Assembly: GCA_001687465.1 (NCBI GenBank)
Contig: LVLI01000172.1
Coordinates: forward strand, 124,001 to 188,000
DNA: 64,000 nt
Reading direction: 5' to 3'
DNA from: Halocafeteria seosinensis
Lineage: Eukaryota
A program made the position numbers and the translations under genes. Of the stretch, positions 49,056-61,139 are shown piece after piece (the first letter of the stretch is position 1; every line of letters begins with the position of its first letter). Under the pieces are notes generated by a model, which was given only the letters and a program-made list of their open reading frames with translations, ran no database searches and had not been told where the DNA came from.

Positions 49056-50903
49056 ATGGATAAGTCGAGCTCCTTGGAGATGGAGGATCGACGAGTGGAA
49101 GGAAATGTAATGTCGGGGGACTGGGACCAGCGATCGTTCCATCACAACGATGATGACGAAAGCGACGATGATTCATGCGCCTCAGGGAGTTTCTCCAGTT
49201 CGCATGAAGAACAGAGAAGTAGCAGATACGGAGACATCAATCTTGATGAACACCCCTACTCATCGTCGTACGTTGGTATGTCTGCCGCCGCAAACTCAGT
49301 CCAGCAGCTAGCATTGCGGCAACACCAAAGCGGAGATATTCAGGAAAACCCACCGAACTCGTTTTGGGACGCCTTATGCTCTTTTCTAAAGAAGAATCAC
49401 GATTCTAGCTCTGGTATTTATTCCGGAAGAAATGCTTCAAAATCTAGGCGCTATCGTACAATGCTCATTTCCCTGTGTATCGTCCAGTTTTTAATCTGGT
49501 TCAAGCCTAGCGAGCAATACCTTTTCAACGTTGTACCTGGATGGTTTGGCATTACGATGGACGATCTCCTACGCAATGTATATGCTCACTCTCTTTATGC
49601 GCCATTTGTTCTGTTCCCTTTGGTGGCAATTGTTTTTGACAAACTCGGATACAAGTGGGCGATTTCGATATGTGTTTTTGGAAGTTTTGCTACAGTGGCA
49701 CTTGTCATTTTCGGGCAGCCTGTCACTGCTTTGTTGTATTTGTCTGAGTGGACATGGGCACTTCACTTTTCGGCGATGTTTGTAGTCGTCGCTACGCTAT
49801 ACTCGTTGTTTCCGATTAGCTGGTATATGACCATTGCCAGCGCGAATAGCGGATCAATGCTGGTGGCATCACTCTCCTCCTCATTGACTGGGTTCTTTAT
49901 TTCCAAAATTGGTGATAGCTGCACAGCCGAAAAAAGCCAAATGGGAAATACTTTCTATATAACGCTGGGATTTACCTCTCTAGGAATGCTGTTTTGGATA
50001 TACTTGTTGTTTTCGAAAAAGTTGTTGGCTAAGCGCCGAAGGATACCCCTGCCATTGAAATTACTTAAGGCGCTGACGACACGAAAATCATTATGGTTCT
50101 GGCTGCTACCAGCTATCCTGGTTCGGGGAACGCATACATTAGTTATTGAAGTATGGCCAGCGCTATCCAAGTCTCATTTCCCACAATCTTGTCTGCAGGC
50201 ATACAATGGATTAATTGGTTTCAGTATGCAGTTGTTCGCCGTAACTGCTGTAGCAGCCTTGGTGTACGTTGCTCCTAGACTTCGGCACTGGTACGTTTAT
50301 GCCCCAACAGTACTGGCGGGTCTAGCAAGTACGGCTTTGTTGATATTGGCGCTGCTGATAGAAAATACTGAACAGGAGGAAGAGAGCGGGGCAACAGCCA
50401 AGCTTTTGTTTTTCGGTGGAATGCTGACGATATATAATGCTTGCAGCGAAGCCTTATTGGCGTACTGCAGTGCTCAAGCCGCTTCCGATATAACCCTAGG
50501 GACAAGTTCCAAATCGTTCGTTTCCAAGTTCTGTATTGTCCTGAGTATCCGCTCCGGCCTAACGCAGCTGTGGCAGTTGATAGCTCAGTTCACGTTGTGG
50601 CCAAGGGGTGTTTGGCCTCTGCAGGGCAACCCATATGATCTTGAGTTGTCCCTGAGTGGACAATTTATCGGGTTTGCGATATTCACTGGTGTTGCAGCAC
50701 TCTTATCGATTCTTCTAGTCGTGCTAAAGTGGCCCTCGACACAGTTATTTCATACTCTGGATGCGAAGAAGCGGAAACAGCTGTTGCAAAACACCAATGT
50801 TGCCGTACAATCCCCCGAGCTTTTTGAAGGGGAAGGAGTTTCCTCAGTAGCAGCCGCCGAAGAGCAACCAGATTCTTTCAAGGATTATACCGAACAAGTT
50901 TAG
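49056..50903 (+). CDS. SLC19 / reduced-folate-carrier family MFS transporter (thiamine/folate)
   Basis: Intronless 615-aa ORF with about 12 TM helices; FLIWFKPSEQYL resembles the SLC19 F..RPSEPFL motif; FDKLGYK loop. Confidence 0.75.
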   Translation: MDKSSSLEMEDRRVEGNVMSGDWDQRSFHHNDDDESDDDSCASGSFSSSHEEQRSSRYGDINLDEHPYSSSYVGMSAAANSVQQLALRQHQSGDIQENPPNSFWDALCSFLKKNHDSSSGIYSGRNASKSRRYRTMLISLCIVQFLIWFKPSEQYLFNVVPGWFGITMDDLLRNVYAHSLYAPFVLFPLVAIVFDKLGYKWAISICVFGSFATVALVIFGQPVTALLYLSEWTWALHFSAMFVVVATLYSLFPISWYMTIASANSGSMLVASLSSSLTGFFISKIGDSCTAEKSQMGNTFYITLGFTSLGMLFWIYLLFSKKLLAKRRRIPLPLKLLKALTTRKSLWFWLLPAILVRGTHTLVIEVWPALSKSHFPQSCLQAYNGLIGFSMQLFAVTAVAALVYVAPRLRHWYVYAPTVLAGLASTALLILALLIENTEQEEESGATAKLLFFGGMLTIYNACSEALLAYCSAQAASDITLGTSSKSFVSKFCIVLSIRSGLTQLWQLIAQFTLWPRGVWPLQGNPYDLELSLSGQFIGFAIFTGVAALLSILLVVLKWPSTQLFHTLDAKKRKQLLQNTNVAVQSPELFEGEGVSSVAAAEEQPDSFKDYTEQV

Positions 50904-51459
50904 CTTCTAGATAGTATGCGGTTCTGGTGAAATTTTGCCAATTTGGGATTCTGAAGAGAGACATCGGAAACTCAGGTTTTTCGTGTCTTATTTTTGTGTT
51001 ACTTAAGTAAAATATATTGGTGTATTTTATCTGCGATTCCTCTTTGATTGTCACGTTGTGTTTTGTTCTTTCTGCTTAACTTACCTTAAACTCTTCGCTT
51101 GGCTTGGGAGGCGGAACGATTCCTCAGAATCCCAGGGACTCCTGGCAGGGAGGGACATACACAACAATCTTTCTGCACACATTTTAATGCTTTCAGTATC
51201 TTCCTCCTCGTGCCTGAAAGAGCAAACACAGTGTGTGTTGAAGCGGAGATGACGCAATACTCCTTTCTTGTTTCGTTTCCGAGCTCGCCTTAGTTTTGGA
51301 TCGTGTCGTAATAGAGAAAGGGAGGAGTAAGCTTCGACGACCATTCTGCTTGGAAGGGGTTCCTCCTCAGTATACCCCATATACACTTGTAGATACCCAT
51401 AGAAGCTCTACTGTTGCCATTCTGCTCAGTGGTGGTGTAAAGTGGCTCGTGGAGTGACA

Positions 51460-52620
51460 ATGGCGACGCGAAATTTAACGACGCATTTTGTACGAAGTCG
51501 AGCAACAGCGCAGCGCAAACGTGAAAATGCTGGTGAATTCCATCAAGGGAAACGCAGTGGTATGGGCGGTCCTGGAGGGGGATTTATGCCAGGAGAAGAC
51601 GATCACTCTGGCTTTCAAAGACTCGATGGCTCAGGGGCTCCGGCTCCAGCGCAAGCAAACGGGGCGGCAGCAGGCGGCTGGGATACAAGACCCCTTGTCG
51701 AAGGTGGCTTCAACACAGCAGGAATGGCTCCTGTGTATGTAGACCGCGTGGACGCGGTGCAAAGTGAAATATCGCAGATACAGCAGAAGAGTAAGTGCAG
51801 TAGTTGGCAGGAGATTGGGGGCTGTACCGTGCATGCTTTCATTCATTTGTGCCTCTATTTGACAGTGAAAGAACTTGAAAAGCTCCACAAGAAGAGGCTA
51901 ATGGTGCAGTTTGACGATAGCGATCAGAGGCAAGATCAGGAAATCGATATTATGACGAGGGAAATAACGAATCACTTTAACACTGCGGGAAGCAAACTAA
52001 AGCAAATTGCGGGTGAAAATAACAACGATCCTAACAGCACTGATGTTCAAGTGCGGCGTAATATTCAGAAGTGAGTTTAACTGGTGAGTGAGTGGCTTTC
52101 ATACAAACATATTGGGGCATTGCTCATTGTTTACAGATCCTTGGCCTCGAAACTCCACGAACTTTCAAAACAATTCCGACAAACTCAAAAGAAGTACTTA
52201 TCTGATGTCAAGCGTCAGCAAGAGGGTGCCAGCTTAGACGTGCTCACAGGAAGCGGCTCTGCGGGGCAATCGTCTTCTAAAGAAGTAGATATGGGTTTCA
52301 CAGATGAACAAGTGGAGGAATTAGCGCATGCTGAAAACGTCACGGAGCAAAGGGACCGCGAGATTCAGCAAATCGCCCGTGGCATTGAAGAAATAGCTAC
52401 TATATTCAAGGACCTTTCAACGTTGGTGGTCGATCAGGGAACAATACTAGACCGAATCGACTACAACATGGAGCAGGTTGTGGAAAGTACCCGCCAAGGA
52501 ATGGAGCAGCTCGACAAAGCAGAATCCAGTCAGAAATCGGCTCGTCCGATGAAGTGCATTTTATTCCTGATGTTCCTTATCATCATCTTAACCATTTGGC
52601 TAGTAGTCAAGAAAACATAA
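51460..52620 (+). CDS. STX16: Syntaxin-16 (Tlg2/SYP4 Qa-SNARE), 3 exons
   Basis: N-peptide MATRNLT, Habc region (LEKLHKKRL..FDD), SNARE motif IFKDLSTLVVDQGTILDRIDYNME and a C-terminal TM; GT-AG introns at about 51791-51865 and 52071-52137. Confidence 0.93.
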
Positions 52621-52913
52621 TTTTGGATCCCTTTTTCCTTTGTCGATTTCAGTGCCTAATGATACCAGAACGAGATCCCGTACCTCAAACTTGTACAACA
52701 TTGATTTTTCCCCAACAGTGTTTTGCCCGATGATCCATTGGTGTTACACTCAGTTCTTGAAGTTGCTCAAGTTCAACTTGGCAGGTTCCCTTTCAAAGAT
52801 CTTGCTGGTTAGTCGCGCCGTACCCGTCGTTCTTGTTCGTTTGTCTCTACCATAGAGTCGCGTTGCATGCTAAGGGCCTGTATCTGAGTTGATCAGCGCA
52901 CATTGAAACGAAA

Positions 52914-55900
52914 ATGAGCAGCAGTGGAGGAGCTTCGTCTCCCACAACTCCGGAAGCTCCCGGTTCTTCTCTCAGTAATGCTACAAATAGCGCTTCCACC
53001 ACCACTCATGCCGGTGCCACTTCGAATGCACAAGCTCGGCCCCCCTCTGCACCCGGAGGTGGTAGCCCGCCGAGCTCTCCGGAGGGCAAAAAGTCCCCTT
53101 TTGGCCGTCGAACCAGGAGACGACGGACCTCCCCTCCCATCAAGGTAAAGATATGAAGGCTTTATTTACGTTCTCTCGCGGGCATATTGACTTTTCGCCT
53201 GCCACATATGGTACGATTACCCTTTTTGTCTTACTCTGGTCAATGCAGAAGAGACTGGAAGCGCGCAAGGAACAGAAAGGACACCGGAATGCTGAGGAAG
53301 GAAAGCAACACATTGACAAGAAACTGCAAGCCGCCAGTGAGAATCGGGCATCCATGAGGCGAAACATAGTAAGTGTGTGGCTTCTTGCTGGCTTAGGTTT
53401 GTCCAGCTTACGGGTACTATCACACGGCTGCACATTCATCCATTCTGTAATCCACTTGCTCGTATTGCCCAGCGCGAAAAGGCCAGACAAACCTATGAAC
53501 CATTGATGAAGAGTATGCAACGGCAACAGGGACGAAAATCTTCGTCAAAGCATTCAAGAGGCAGACGTTCCCTCAGTAAAAATCATGACACAAATGTTGA
53601 TATGGGAGCATACTCCGAACCAGAAAGTATAGAAGCCCTCTACCCTGATGAAGCCAGTGTAGATGAGGAAGCAGCTGCAATGGCAGTTCAAGCAGAGCAA
53701 TGCCGCGAAACAGCGTTATTCCAGGAAGTATGTGATATCTGACGTACCGCATCATCCATTTTCGTAGCGTAACGAAGTGATCCTTTTCCACGCGCAGCGA
53801 GAAGCACAGGTTGGAGCGTCACAGCGACGTGACAACGCTATGCACAAAGCTCAAGACGCTAGGGAGGAAGAGCAAAAACGAGCTCGATCTAAGGCGACAT
53901 CTAAACAAGTTATGGCAGAACGCAGACGGGAACATTTGACGCAGGCCATCCCTCGATCTCAAAGTTATCCACCCACAGAGTATCCCAATTCACCTGATCC
54001 GGTGCTGAGTAAGGAGGAGGAGGAAGCGGAAGATAACCGCAACGCGGAGAAACTTGAAGCCCGTCTTTTGGCCGCCAGCGAGAGAAGAAAAACTTGGATA
54101 GACAGTATTGTGCGCCAAAATAAAGTTTCAGATGCTGCTCGCAAATCTAGAGTGTCCTTAGCCAATACAAGAGCGCAAAGGGACAAAAACTCCGAATTCC
54201 AAAGGATGAAACAATCGCAACAGCAGGCAGAGGAAAGACGAAAGAACAGAATAGCGGAAATTCAAAGCAGGGCAGCTAATCGAAATGAGAGAGTCGAAGA
54301 CACAGCCCGTCAAGTGAAGGCTGCAAAGCAACTTCAAGGGTGGTGGAGAAACGAGCAAACATCTGAAGACGACGACGAACGCGCAATGTCTCCAACCGTG
54401 ATAGCGGATAAAGCAATGCATCGAGTTCATTTTTCACCTCTACGAAAGGCTGTTAGTCCGGAGATATCGTCGAGTAGACCCAAGAATGATCAAGTGCCTG
54501 CCATGGAATTGAATCCGGAAAGCCGCGAGGGAGCATGCGCAGATAGTTCATCCAAGGACGCTTCTTCGGAAAGACACGAAACCGTTGAGGAGGCTGCCAG
54601 CAGGAAAGCTTTTGAATCGATGCTGGTAGGTCCCGGAACGTCGAAAAAGATCAAATGTGTCCATAAAGCGAAGAGATATTTCATCGCCGAGCGGTCCCGT
54701 AAGTCGCTGTTAACATTGGCTCGTCTACTTTCTGGTAGCTACACTGTGGAGTCGCCCGAATCGCCGGCAAAATCTGACACGGAGGAGCTCTCAATCAAGT
54801 CCTCTCCGACTGACTTCATGACAGCTGTAACCCAACTTAATACGAATTCCTCCCCTTACGGCTCGTTTGAGGAAGTCGCTAGTGCCATTCAGCAGCATGA
54901 TGTACTTTCAACAGCCTCGTTTTTCATTCGACTATTGTTGAGAGCATACAGAATACTGAATCCGTTGATACCTCAATACTCTTCGGAAATTAGTTCTGCG
55001 GACTACATGCAAGATGACTCTCATACGTATTCCTTAAGCGCGGACGACGCGCTAGCAAGTGATGGCTCCTTACGTCCGAGCATCGCTCAGTCTCCCCGTA
55101 CTTTCCTAGCGAGTCTCTTGATTGCATGGTATCCTGATGATATTCTTACTTCGCGAAAAGAAGGTGGGGGTAGCAATACGCGACAGAGGCAAATCGAACG
55201 AATCTTAATGCACAATGCCAGAGTTATGCTTAATGCCTTCGAAGCGCTGCTTTGGGCGATTTATGAACATAGCCAAGGGAGCTCTACCCCTAGTGCTACT
55301 CCAGTTGAGCGTTACAAGGACTCAGAGGAAGGACCGGAGAGTGTTCTCAAGGCTCGATTTCAGTCCGCGTCAACACTTGCCCACGTGCAAACACTATTAT
55401 CGTGTACCAATCTTGACCATACGGATCTGCAGTTATTACCGAAGAAGACCGTACTGCTAATTCACAGGATATTTGCATTTAATGCCACCTGGTGTGAGTA
55501 TATGGATAGTTTTATGTCATGGAAAGTAGGTGATGGTGCTAGGATGGCCCAAGCATTGGCAAAGCCTTTCCGAGACTTGATTGTAAGGCAGGAGCAATAT
55601 AGCCAGGAAGTTGAACGAATGGAAGGTAGGGATGAGGGAGCGCAACAACTTTTGCAAGGGGTGAATTCCCAATTACGACAATTGAACCGTCAACTGGTTC
55701 GACTTCTTGGTCAACGAGGCGCGGAGAGATGGCAAAACGATCAGATTAATACTATGAAGAAACTTAGGCAAATTGATGCTTCGGAATACTCTAACACAGG
55801 GAAGAGCACTCCTCGCACTGCTTCATCTTCGGCGAAGTCTAGTACTCAGACTTCAACCATTGCCACTACGGGTGAGGGAAGTGCATCGTCAACGGCTGTA

Positions 55901-57898
55901 GATAATCAAGAGTCAACAGATGAGTCGAGTAGTGTTCCAGCTTCAGCAAAGCAATCTCCGAGTATGGGACTAATAAAACAAGTGATGTCGAATGAATCCA
56001 TGGTACATGAGCTACTACTGGAAGAGGAGTTTCAGTATCCTGAGCCCGTTTGTCCTGACGACGTGATGTTCAATGGCAATAGCTCAAATGATTTTTTTGC
56101 GGATGCTCAACATGCAGTTGAGCGCTTGCAAGAACTACGAAGCACCGTGACAAAAGGAGAGACTTTGAATCTAAACAGCAAAGTCTCTCGTGAAAAAGTT
56201 GCACAGATGTTGCGGACGGCATTTTCCGATACCTTGGGATATATTGATGATCAAAGTCGGGAAGACGCTTCTGGCTCCTCTAAACGGTACCACCGGCCAA
56301 TGTACTGGGCAGAACAGCTAGGGTTGGCGTGCTTTCGAAATAACGAAGAAGGGATTAGTATAGTTTTGTCAACAATCGAGAAAGTGCGAGAGTCTCTCGT
56401 TGAGCTTGTACCGCACCGTAAAGATCTACATAGTCATATTCGGGAGAAGATAGATTTGGACTTTTATCGACAATTGATGCAGGCAGGCACGTTTTCTCTC
56501 GACAGTTGGGGGAGGCTACTCCAGTTTTGCGTACAACTCATACAGCAGTTAGAGGCGCCTGCCAGGAAGGAGCTCACTGACAGATGGCTCAAGGGTGCTG
56601 AGGAACGGCTGAAAGCGTATCTGGAGACTCCCACTGTAAGGAGTGAAGGCCTACTACTAGATGCGCCTTTGCTTGACTTGTTACCCAGAAGTATTGCCTT
56701 CTTATTGTTCAAAGTTGAAGAAATCAGGGTGGATATGGCTAACTTCCATCTCTCGACCCTCAAGCCTTTCCTTCAGAGCAACGATAAAGGAGTCGATTAT
56801 GAACTGAAGAAGTTCAAAGAAAGAGTTGAAAACGGAGAACTCAACACTAACGGTACGCGAACCTGGCTACACGAAACTGTTCGAGATACTGTTGAGAATC
56901 GAAAGCCAGATAGTCTTTCCGTTTCGGAAGCATCCGTTAATCTTATATTTGACGACGTGGTATCTCGATTGGCTGTTATTCGAGACGGTGTACTGTTGCT
57001 TATGACAACGCGCTTACCTCTAAATACTGTTGCGTGGATTGCTTCTCAGAATTCCGATGGTATTGCAATAGCTCCCGTCGGTCATATATCGTCCATATCG
57101 GAGTCGAGCAATTCTGTTAAGTACTTTTGCTTGGAAGAAATTGAAGGACCCGACGGACAAAAGTATCAAAAGATACCATTTCCGGAGATTTTCCGAATGG
57201 ATACGAGGAGGTTTACCGAAAGTCAGAACGATATCCAACGATGTATTCTCGTGGGTGTGCTTGGCGCTCTTGTGCTAGAGTTTTTGCGCTCAAGTCAAGG
57301 TGGAGAAGCTCGAGGCAGCTCTTCCACCGCAACCGTGAAATCGATATCCGATTTGTACGATAGAGTTAATTCGTGGCTACTTGATGATGAGGTACGGCTT
57401 CCCGACCTGAAGGCTGGTATCGCGCAGGCTACTGCTGACCTCGCCCACGTATTCGGAAAGTACTCAAGACTGAAACCCAGTTCCACTACCAATGAGCTGG
57501 AAGATAGCGCGAATGAAAAAATTGGCGAAATTGTAGAGTCCGCAATTTCATACAAGCATCCGTTATTCAGTGTTTATCACAAGAGGATCTTCGAATTGCT
57601 TAGGTACAAGATGACTACCCACATCATTCAGTTGAAGGGCAGTTCATTCCCCAAACAACGTGCGGAGCAACATCCGTTCTTCGGCGTCTCTGAGCCGGCT
57701 TCTCATATCAAGGCGGCGCTACCAGCTCCCTTGGCGGAAGATTTCGACAAGGTCGCCCATCGCTTGAGTCGGATCTCCGTGCATGCTGAGAGAGTATTTG
57801 GACACAGTTACGTCCATCCACTACTGCGACAGTGCAACAACCGTGGCCAGGCTGAATCGCCCCAAGACGGTTCCGGCGCCGCCACCGCTGGCCAGTGA
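52914..57898 (+). CDS. TCP11 (T-complex 11 / Sok1-like) family protein with IQ-like motif (4 exons)
   Basis: Three 5' introns, then a 4.1-kb exon; charged helices, AAKQLQGWWR (IQ-like) and TCP11-like motifs IDLDFYRQ, QLEAPAR, IRVDMANFHL..LKP, GVDYELKKF, FPEIFRMD. Confidence 0.85.
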
Positions 57899-58129
57899 AT
57901 ACGTGTGTTGTCTCCAACCAAGGGACTACTCACGGTATATCGCTTTGTAGCTGACAACCTGTCCAGGCTGTCCGCCGGTGTGTGTACAGTGTCCGGGCTG
58001 GTTCAACTTCTGAGCTTGAACTTTATCTTCACGCTTGTCTACAAGTTGACTAGTTGGGGTTGTTTTATGTTGAATAACACGCCCACACCAGCACATTTAG
58101 ATTGCCTTAACTATTACCAATTTAGTCTC

Positions 58130-60947
58130 ATGCTTCTCCGGCGTTTTTTCCCTCTGTCCCGCGGTGGAGGAAGCTCTTCCTCCACCTTCCTCCTGTGGCG
58201 TGCTTCCGAACCAGCAGCAGAGCCCGATGATGATGTTACCAGTGGTACTCCCCCTCTTACAGCGTATGCGTGTACGCATCGAGGGCGTGGAGAGCTTGCG
58301 CAGTGTTTGCATCGTGGTTCCGTGGTGATGGCATTCTCCTCCACTCCACCGCCACATCGTGGTGACGATTACCAGGACAAGCAGCAGCAGCAGCCGTATG
58401 ATGATAAGAATGGTGGTCATGGACTACCACCACCACCACCCTCATCAAGTGGTGGACTGTCGCCTCACTTTTGGCAGCGTCTCCGGCATCGTTTCCGGGA
58501 ACGCACCAAGAAATCAGCGCACTGGAGGTACGTACGCATACCTGTTGTACAACCTGTACGTGACTTCCTCATTGGAATGGAGTGGAGTGAACTGGAATTG
58601 CTGTGCAGAGATTTCGAACAGTATCTTCGTTCCGAAAAAGTGCAGCAAAAAATGCGTGAAGCACCGTTGGTACGTGAATCATGCTTTGGTTTATTCATTC
58701 ATTGCGTTGTAATTATGAATTCCTTCCTTCCAGAATAACAACGTGACGGACAAACTCCAAGTGGACACTTCTCAGATCGAGCAAACTGATACTGATACAA
58801 TGTCCACTCACCAATTTACCGAGCACCTGGAGAAAGCAATGATACGGGAACAAGACCCTTGGAGAGTATGTGGTTTGCTGTTTCCTACATATCCCCATCA
58901 GATTGAATGGATGACTCTTCATTTTGCAGATCCTTAGAAAGGTGCGAAATTGTACAAAGGATCAACTGAATTTCTTGATTCAGCAACCGGCCGGAGAAGT
59001 AGCTTATGTCCCGCGGCCTGTAATTATGCAATTGCTTCGTTACATGAAGAACCCAGAGCACAGGATGGCATTGTTGGGAATTCTTTGCCAGTTAAGGCTG
59101 CAGGAACTCAGCACAACGTCGAAAGCTGTCCTCCTGAAAGCTATCCATGAAGAAAGAACTCGTCTGAAGTTGACGGCGTTCGCCATGCGCGCAGTAGCTA
59201 GTATATGGACCTCAACCAACAACCCAGATTTACTCCTACTAAGAGTATGTTGGATGTAGTGTGCTGTATCGTAACTCCTGTGATTCATGGTTTCGTGATA
59301 CAGGAAGCCGTCCAACATGCCGGTGGCTCAGCTGATTTGCACAGTATGCTGTTCGATAAGATGAACAAAGAATTGAGGACTGAAATATTACAGCACTTCG
59401 CAGCGGAGCACATTCGCTTTTCGATGCAGACGGACCCGTCAAGTTCAAGTACTGTGGCTCATACCCTAATGACGAAGTACCACATAATCACTGATATCGA
59501 CGACACACTACAACTTAACTGGTTGGACAAACGACTTCCTCGGGGAACTGTGTATCCTGGTGCATTGCAATTCTACAATGAAATTCGGCGCTCTTTCAAG
59601 GGCAGGGATACTCAAGTTAATGGATTTCAACGGGGAAGAAAGCAGTGGCATTTGGGCATTTCTGCCCACAAAGAAGAGGAAACTGTTGTGGATGCACTTG
59701 CACCTGGTTGGTGGAAACGTCTTGTCCAAGCCTCGGAGCAGCACATCCACAAGCAGGGTGGACAAAACGGGAATTCCCTTTCTTCTGATCAGTACATCGA
59801 TGAATATTCAGATATTTCTGATTCCTATGAGAATGAAGTATTTGAGGATGGAGACCCTTCCCAGGAGACCGACGAGCAAGGTTCCGAAGAAACCAAGCAT
59901 CAAATCGAATCAGTGAACTCCTCAGACAGGACTCTCTCGGAGCTTGTGGCATCGGCAAACGCGCTGCAAGAAATGACAAAGAGCGCAACAACTCCGAGCA
60001 CAGATCACCAGCATACAGGTTCAACAGGCTCCAAAGGGTCAACATACACTCCACCATGGTATTTACGATGGCGTCCACGAGCCTCGCTGTCTGTTCCTGA
60101 GCTGCATTCTTTTAAGTCGTTTCCTCAACATGATCGACCGGACGACGAAGAAGTGGGTAACGTGTTCGTCGTAACAGCGCGTCCATCGGGATTTAGTGGT
60201 GTCATCAAGACGCATACGATCCGAAAACTTGAACACATCGGGTTAGGCAATGTTTCTGTATTCAGTGGCTCTCTTCGTAGTACTGCAGGTGGTATTGAGA
60301 GCATGGGGCAGAGAAAGCTTGAAAATATGCAGCGTTTGTTGGCGATATTTCCCGAGGTACGTATTCGTGGGAAGGTCAGGTTACTCTTTTTTGCCACGCA
60401 TCGATTCTAAGCGCAGTATAAGTTTGTCTTCATTGGAGACTCGGGGCAAGTAAGTTTCCAGTTCTCACAGCCTGTATCAAGCACTATTGGTGTTCTTACT
60501 ATGCGGCACAGGCTGACGCTGCTGTTGCTGCAATTTCCCAAACCTATTACCGTCAACGGGTAACAGCGGCTTTTATCCATGATGTCAACCCGTCCTCTGC
60601 CACCACCGGGGATGGGACCAGGAAGGACACTTATGCTGCTGGCAATGTCACCTTCTTTACAAATTATGTTGACGCTGCTATCCTCGCTCGCGAGAGGGGC
60701 CTCCTTAGTGAAGTCGCTGTGCAACGGGTGGCTAATGCAGCGATCCAGGTATGTTGAACGTCGTCCAAGGAATTTCTTGTCAATGCTGACACCCTCTCTC
60801 TTGTCGATGTATGTGTTCACACCGCAGGATTTGAAAGAACTGAAAACTCATATGGAAGCAAAGAGTCCAAAATGGCACACTCGCTATCGAGAAGTAGTAG
60901 ATGGTGTTATGGAAAGCGTCTCTTCAATAAGGAGGGAGCGCTGGTAA
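58130..60947 (+). CDS. APP1-like HAD-superfamily phosphatidate phosphatase (multi-exon)
   Basis: ATG at 58130 (MLLRRFF, presequence-like). HAD motif I IITDIDDTL, YPGA, motif II VVTARP, the K in RKLEN and spliced motif IV FVFIGDSGQ|AD, plus AFIHDV; six GT-AG introns; stop TAA at 60947. Confidence 0.82.
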
Positions 60948-61139
60948 GGGACGGACGAACACAAGAAGGTGGGGGTAGGTGTATAAATCTGGGCAATGTT
61001 CACTATACCACCACAAAGTGGTGAGGGGGCATCGAATTGGATACAAGGAGAACGCCGATGTCTCCCGATGTAGAAACACAAGAAGTTCTTACGTTACTTT
61101 TCGTCGACCGTGCACTTTGTTGCACCCGTATAACTTTGA

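Noticed and set aside
51084..51170. In-frame TGA as selenocysteine (SLGF*GIVPP)
   Set aside because: No CxxU/UxxC motif, no supported start and no recognisable SECIS.
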